Shown here one piece after another: positions 56,736 to 64,000 of a DNA stretch of 64,000 nucleotides; positions within the stretch are counted from its first letter, which is position 1, and the number at the start of each line of letters is the position of its first letter. Both the position numbers and the translations under genes were made by a program. This DNA comes from the human T2T-CHM13v2.0 reference genome, Homo sapiens, in NCBI RefSeq assembly GCF_009914755.1, contig NC_060928.1. The stretch is one strand, 5' to 3'. The notes beneath the pieces are model-generated. The model made no database searches. It had not been told where the DNA came from and saw nothing but the letters and a program-made list of their open reading frames with translations.

Positions 56736-57644
56736 AGCTGGTTATTTTGAGAAACTCCAGACACAGGAGTAGCTCTGAAAACAAGGATGAAGGTTGCCCT
56801 TTGGTAAGGGAAATTTACATCTATGAAGAAAATATCTGGGGGGTGTCTCCTCTGCACCGGGAAGAGAGGGATGACTAAACCACTAGAGGCTCTTAACGGA
56901 GAAAGGTATCAACTTAAATCTGCATAACAACGCTTATCTTTAAAAATGTTTTTCCTGGCCATCTTACCTTAACTGGCTGTTCCCTATACTCTTTTTTTTT
57001 TCTTTCAGAGAAATGATGGTATTTCAGCCTGAAGTCTAAGACTAAGATCTACTCTAGAGATTTACTAATTTCTCTGGATTATCACCAATGTATACAAGAG
57101 GTTTACATGTTATTACATCTCTGTGTGTTTTTCTGTTGTTAATTTGTCTTTTATTACAGGGAGTCCCAGCTAAGAATTCATGAAAAGTGATGAAGAAAAT
57201 GATTTTTCCTCCCCATACCAGTTTTAAATGCAAATATAAGAGCATTTAATTAGTACGCAAAATCACCAAAATTGTCCAACTTTTATTTTTTTTAGCCGTT
57301 ATACGCATCTGTATTTCATTCTTACCCGTCTTTCTTTCCACTGAAACACTGCACAAAACTTACTTATCTGTTTTATTTCACTTCTTAATGCCCCACATAT
57401 TCCACTAACACTCTTACTTTTGGCTTAATGATAAGGGAAGATTGAAAGGGAAAAAAATTATGGGTTGCCCTGTCTTCCCTTTTCTTTCTATGTCATCACT
57501 TTCAACATAAGAGGCTGGCTAATCCTGAGAAGTAATAGGAGTAAGACAATAATAAGGGTCACTTCTTTCCTTTGTGTTTTTGGAATGCCATTGCCTTTTT
57601 TCTGTGTTGGAAACAAGTTCTGGTTTAACAGAAGTGTGACCTCG

Positions 57645-58352
<708 letters not shown>

Positions 58353-58465
58353 CTCATGAAGTGGACCCTGCCTACCACTTGTGTCTGGAGCAAATACCTC
58401 CAATTCCTTGTTGGTAGGTTGTGGAGTGACTGCTCATTGCCACCTAATATCTCGTCTCTCCTTCC

Positions 58466-58596
58466 TTTCTTTTTTTTTAAATAGAAACGGGGTCCCATTC
58501 TATTGCCCAAGCTGGTCTTGAACTCCTGGGCTCAAGCAATCCTCCTGCCTCAGCCTCCCAAAGTGCTGGGATTACAGGCGAGTCACTGCACCTGGC
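58466..58596 (-). mobile_element. Alu left monomer (FLAM-like)
   Basis: TSD TCTCCTTCCTT. Confidence 0.88.
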
Positions 58597-58937
58597 CTCT
58601 CCTTCCTTGATAACAGAAATCCAATTTTGTTTGGAGTTTAATGTGCTGAGCTAAAAACTACATTTTCAGCAACTTCTGCAGCTGCTATAGCCACATGAAT
58701 AAGTTTTGGTTAATTGGATGTGCACAGAAGTGTTTTATGGGATTTCTGGGATAACAGTCTCTTTCCTCCTTTTAGTAGCTTTGGAATAGAGTTGTGATAG
58801 CTAGAACTCCATCTGGAATCTTAGAAAGTGAGGTGACCTGCAGGATGAAAGTTAGGTCCTCAAATGAAGCAGAAACACAGAAGGTGACTGAGTCCCTAAA
58901 AAACCAAAGCATTGCCACCCCAGCCCTTGTCTGCTTA

Positions 58938-59987
58938 TATTGGGGTAACCTGCCCCCAATATTTCAATGTAGGTTCTTTCTGTTTTCCCTAAGTATTGGC
59001 TGATCTGAGAAATAAAGAGAAAGAGTACAAAGAGAGGAATTTTACAGCTGGGCTACCAGGGTGACATCACATATTGGTAGGTCTATGATGCCCACCTGAG
59101 CCCCAAAACCAGCAAGTTTTATTAAGGATTTCAAAAGGGGAGGGGGTGTATGAACAGGGAGTAGGTCACAAAGATTACATGCTTCAGAGGGCAAAAGGCA
59201 GAACAAAGATCACATGCTTCTGAGGCGAATAAAGATCACAAGGCAAAGGACAAAGCAAGATCACAAGGCAAAGGGCAAAGTCAAAAACTCCTGATAAGGG
59301 TCTATGTTCAGCTGTGCACGTATTGTCTTGATAAACATCTTAAACAACAGAAAACAGGGTTCAAGAACAGAGAACCAATCTGACCTCAAATTTACCACAG
59401 TGGGATTTTTTCCCCACCCTAATAAGCCTGAGGGTACTGCAGGAGACCAGGGTGTATTTCAGTCCTTATCTCAACCGCATAAGACAGACACTGCCAGAGT
59501 GGCCGTTTATAGACCTCCCCCCAGGAATGCAATTCTTTTCCTAGGGTCTTAATATTATATTCCTTACTAGGAAAAGAATTTAGCGATATCTCTCCTACTT
59601 GCACGTCCATTTATAGGCTCTCTGCAACAAGAAAAATATGGCTCTTTTTGCCCAACCCCAAGTCAGACCTTATGGTTGTCTTCCCTTTTTCCCTAAAATC
59701 ACTGTTATTCTGTTCATTTTCAAGGTGCACTGATTTCATGTTGTTCAAACACGCATGTTTTACAATCAATTTGTTCAGTTAATGCAATCATCACAGGGTC
59801 CTGAGGTGATGTACATCCTCAGCTTATGAAGATAACAGGATTAAGAGATTAAAGTAAGACAGGCATAAGAAATTATAAGAGTATTATTAGGGAAGTGATA
59901 AATGTCCATGAAATTTTCACAATTTATGTTTCTTCTGCTGTGGCTCCAGCGGGTCCCTCCATTCGGGGTCCCTGACTTCTTGCAACA
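58938..59987 (-). mobile_element. Solo MER11 LTR (HERV-K HML-8)
   Basis: Minus strand TGTTGCAAGAAGTCAGGGACCCCGAATGGAGGGACC; 1050 bp; 6-bp TSD TGCTTA typical of ERVK. Confidence 0.92.
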
Positions 59988-60140
59988 TGCTTACCTCTGA
60001 ATTTTTTACCTGTGAGAGAAATAAGCTTGTATTTGTTAAACCATTATTTTTTTACAGCTTTATTATGTGCAGGTAAAATTAATCTAAACTTGCATGGAAG
60101 TCTCCACTAGTTCACCTAGGTTAAGAAATTAAGTTAAACA

Positions 60141-60440
<300 letters not shown>

Positions 60441-60447
60441 TAAACGA

Positions 60448-60743
60448 TTTTTTTTTTTTTTCGAGATGGAGTCTCATTCTGTCCCCCAGGCTGGAGTGCA
60501 GTGGCGTGATCTCGGCTCACTGAAAGCTCCGCCTCCAGGTTCACACCATTGTCCTGCCTCAGCCTCCCAAGTAGCTGGGACTACAGGCACCCACCACCAC
60601 GCCCGGCTAATTTTTTGTATTTTTTGTAGAGACAGGGTTTCACCGTGTTAGCCAGGATGGTCTCGATCTCCTGACCTCATGATCCGCCCACATCAGCCTC
60701 CCAAAGTGCTGGGATTACAGGTGTGAGCCACCACACCTGGCCA
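60448..60743 (-). mobile_element. Alu (AluY-like)
   Basis: AAGCTCCGCCTCC, CCGTGTTAGCCAGGATGGTCTCGATCTCC diagnostics. Confidence 0.92.
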
Positions 60744-61699
60744 ACAATGTTTTAAACACATCTCAGGCAGTCTTCAGTTTGTTGTTGGGCAATGTGTCGT
60801 GAAGCCGCTGGTATGAATGACAATCATTTCTAGGATTCAGAGGCCCTTTTCCTTTATCTTCCCAGGTCAGGACTATTTTCTGGATTTCTGAGATTGCTGA
60901 TAAGTACAGTATTCTGATAATGACAATGTTGTAGTAGAAATAGTAATAGTAATAACATGAGTATAACATTTCTTATTTTTTAAAAGTAAATATTAAAATT
61001 ATGCAACAAATTTGGGGTAGAAAGCCATAAAAATTCATGTGGATAATTATAAGACTACCACTGAAAAGAGATGTCAACCATTGACATATATCAACCGCGA
61101 AAGAGGAGGCATGATAAGAGATTAAGGTGACTAATACTTCTATCTAGTGTTCAAATTGAAAACTACCATTTCTTGTCTATAAGGACAATGTCGGGTTTTA
61201 GCAAATGTTTTCTTTCCCCCAGCTGACTTGTGCTGGGCCATCCTAATTGTCTTGTCCATTTGCAAAAAAAAAAAAAACAAAAACAACAACAACAACAGAA
61301 AAACACTAGATAATATTCCAGGGAGCCACCTGGAGGTGACTGAGATGGCAGCTGGAGTATAATAAAAAACTAAGCATATTAGGGAGTGTGTTCTATTTTT
61401 TTATTTGTCTTAAGGGCTGAAAGCACGGAGTGTGGGCTTTGAACTCAGAACAATGGAGTTAAAGAGAAGACAGTCTAAGAAGAGAAAGGCAAAAGAACAA
61501 TGGAGACTTGCAGCGCTCCTACCTCCTCTTAGATGTTCTTCTACTTGCCTCTGGAGGATTTCCCCCAGACTGCTTTTTCTACTTCCTCACTGGTCTATCT
61601 GTGTCTCCTAAACCCCACTCACTCCATGATGACCTTTCATAAGCTCACACTCTCTCATCCCCTTTCTAATGTCCTCCTCACCTCACATTGAGTCAGGGC

Positions 61700-61890
61700 T
61701 GTTTAGTGGAAAGAGGGTTTGATTCTGGGATCCCCTACTTCCTTACTAGTTATCTTGAGCAAATCACTTGAGTTTTCTGAGGCTTAAGTTGTTCATATCT
61801 GTACCTGGGTAGATAATACATGGATAATATGTACCTTATAGGGAGGTTGCTCAAATTGGACGATGTATTGTGAAAGAGACAGATGTGGTA
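61700..61890 (+). mobile_element. MIR
   Basis: TCTTGAGCAAATCACTTGAGTTTTCTGAGGCTTAAG. Confidence 0.55.
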
Positions 61891-62289
61891 GGCAGTTGGG
61901 GCATTTCATTTTATTTTCCTTTTCTCATTCTCTTCCCTTCCGTAAATCACTGTTAGGGGAAAATTAGTAAAAAAAGAAAAATAGGCTACTGGAATAAAAT
62001 ATTAGGTATAAATAATTTTCAAAGTTTGATTTTAGAGGTATGATGACAGTGAATTTCTATTGATTTTCTGTTTTTTCATGTGAGTATTCTTTGATAAAGG
62101 GACACTATTCTACTTACTCATCTGCAAGCTCAGGACAAATTACTCTCAGCTCTGTAAGCCCTCTCATGCTACTACTCTGTGGTTATGAGGACACACGAGG
62201 GAAATAGCTGGAAAGATTTTGTAAAGTCTAAAGTAAATGCTAATGAATAGTAATTATTATATTTTGTTTGCTCCTTGTTATACCTATAG

Positions 62290-62630
<341 letters not shown>

Positions 62631-62715
62631 AAGATTTTTTTTTTTAACTATTGACTGAAGATAGAATAATATGGCAATATAATATGAAACTAGTATTAAA
62701 TTGGCAGGAGGGATG

Positions 62716-63080
62716 TGCATTAGTCTGTTCTCATGCTGCTAATAAAGACATACCCAAGACTGGGTAATTTATAAAGGAAAGGTTTAATGGACTCACAGTT
62801 CCACATGGCTGGGGAAGCCTCACAATCATGGTGGACGGCAAAGGAGGAGCAAAGTCATGTCTTACATAAATGGCAGCAGGGAAGAGAGAGAGAATGTGCA
62901 GGGAAACTCCCCTTTATAAAACCATCAGATCTTATGAGACTTATTCACTATCATGAGAACAACACAGGAAAGACCCACTCCAATGATTCAATTACCTCCC
63001 ACCCGGTCCCTTCCATAACACGTGGGAATTATGGGAGCTACAATTTGAGATGTGGGTGGCGACACAGCCAAACCATATCA
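62716..63080 (-). mobile_element. THE1 (THE1B/C-like) solo LTR
   Basis: Minus strand TGATATGGTTTGGCTGTGTC..GACTAATGCA; TSD GGATG/GAATG. Confidence 0.93.
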
Positions 63081-63164
63081 GAATGTGTACAAAAGACATT
63101 ATTTGTTATAGAGCCTAGAAAAAGGAGCAATTCACGTGGTGGAATCTAAGAAAGGCTCCCACAA

Positions 63165-63482
63165 GGGTGGGTGTGATGGCTCACACCTGTAATCCCAGCA
63201 CTTTGGGAGGCTGAGGCTGGACAATTACTTGAGGCCAAGAGCTCTAGACCAGCCTGGGCAACATAGTGAGACCCTGTCTCTACAAAAAATTTAAAAATTG
63301 GTCGGGCATGGTGACACAGACCTGTAGTCCCAGCTACTTGGGAGGCTTGGGATGGGAGGATCACCTGCACCCAGGAGATCGAGGCTGCAGTGACCATGAT
63401 TGCACCACTGCACTCCAGCCTGGGGAACACAGTAAGACCCTGTCTCAGAAAGAAAAAAAAAAAAAGAAAGAAAGAAAAAAAA
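63165..63482 (+). mobile_element. Alu (AluJ-like)
   Basis: TSD ~AAAGGCT(C/T)C-ACA. Confidence 0.92.
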
Positions 63483-63499
63483 GGCTTCACAGAGATGAG

Positions 63500-64000
63500 A
63501 CATTTAAGACATGTTTTTTCATAAAAAGAAATGAGGAAAAGGAAATTCCACAGAGAAACCACAGAATGAATAGAGGCATCGATTTAGGAAAAAGCAAGCA
63601 CGAAAAGGCAAGTAGTTCATTTTGACAGTAGTCCCTGTGTATGTGTGGTGGGGTGGGGGGGATATATATAACTATAACTATCAGTGAGATAAATATAGAA
63701 AGGTTGGTTACAAGTGGATAATAGAAGGCCTTTAATTATATGCAAAGGATTTTGTTTTCTTTGTTTTTCTGTAGGCAAAAGGCCTACAACCATTAAGAAA
63801 AATAAGTGGTGTGATCAGACCTGTGTTTTCCACAGGCAACACTCAGGAGAATAAGAAGGATCTATTTGTGATGCCAGTTGTTAGATATAGAGACATTTGA
63901 GATGTTGTTGCCAAAGACCTCAACTCTGGTAGGAGTGATGGAGACAGAAAGAAGTAGATAGAAAATGGGATATTGATGATATCAGCCAATCAGCAATTAA
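63500..64000 (-). mobile_element. L2 fragment
   Basis: GATCAGACCTGTGTTTT..GGTAGGAGTGATGGAGACAG. Confidence 0.55.

Larger units (their letters stand above)
55212..57217 (+). mobile_element. MER34-family LTR interrupted by LTR12
   Basis: CCAGAATATGCCA..TCTTTGGCATAA..TTGAGCT|GGTTATTTTGAGAAAC; 4-bp TSD CCAG. Confidence 0.82.
54985..57630. mobile_element. hAT-Tip100 (Zaphod/MER115-like) fragment hosting nested LTRs
   Basis: GCCCAATGCAAAGTGAAGATGCAAAGCCTCTTGTTCAAAAAG terminal-like motif; continues across the CCAG TSD. Confidence 0.5.
58420..60090 (+). mobile_element. Old MLT1 LTR (MLT1G/H/I-like) split by FLAM and MER11
   Basis: ACTACATTTTCAGC..GCCACATGA..TGTGAGAGAAATAAGCTTGTATTTGTTAAACCA. Confidence 0.6.

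Overview
Human non-coding genomic DNA, identified as human by a near-consensus AluYb8 at 22330-22645. It is largely transposable elements: about 30 Alu copies or fragments, old L1/L2/MIR/CR1 pieces, DNA transposons (MER6, Tigger2a, MER44, MER82, MER58B, MER5, Zaphod-like), many ERV LTRs, a Y3 RNA pseudogene and two proviruses. I see no cellular protein-coding exon; the long ORFs are retroviral, L1 or repeat artefacts. The most notable structure is a HERV-H provirus split by an inversion. Its 5'LTR-PBS(His)-gag-pro-pol lies on the minus strand (44165->39116) and its env remnant-3'LTR on the plus strand (about 36990->38165). Both halves carry the same CTATG target duplication and re-join one MER44 element. 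Other repair scars are a templated insertion inside an Alu (12469-12631), a fold-back junction (4640-4703), two LTR8 halves fused tail-to-tail (about 45155) and a patched proviral 5'LTR. There is also a four-level nested insertion (55212-57217). Subfamily names come from my recall of consensus sequences and need RepeatMasker/Dfam confirmation. I found no evidence of a new functional system, only testable structural oddities.
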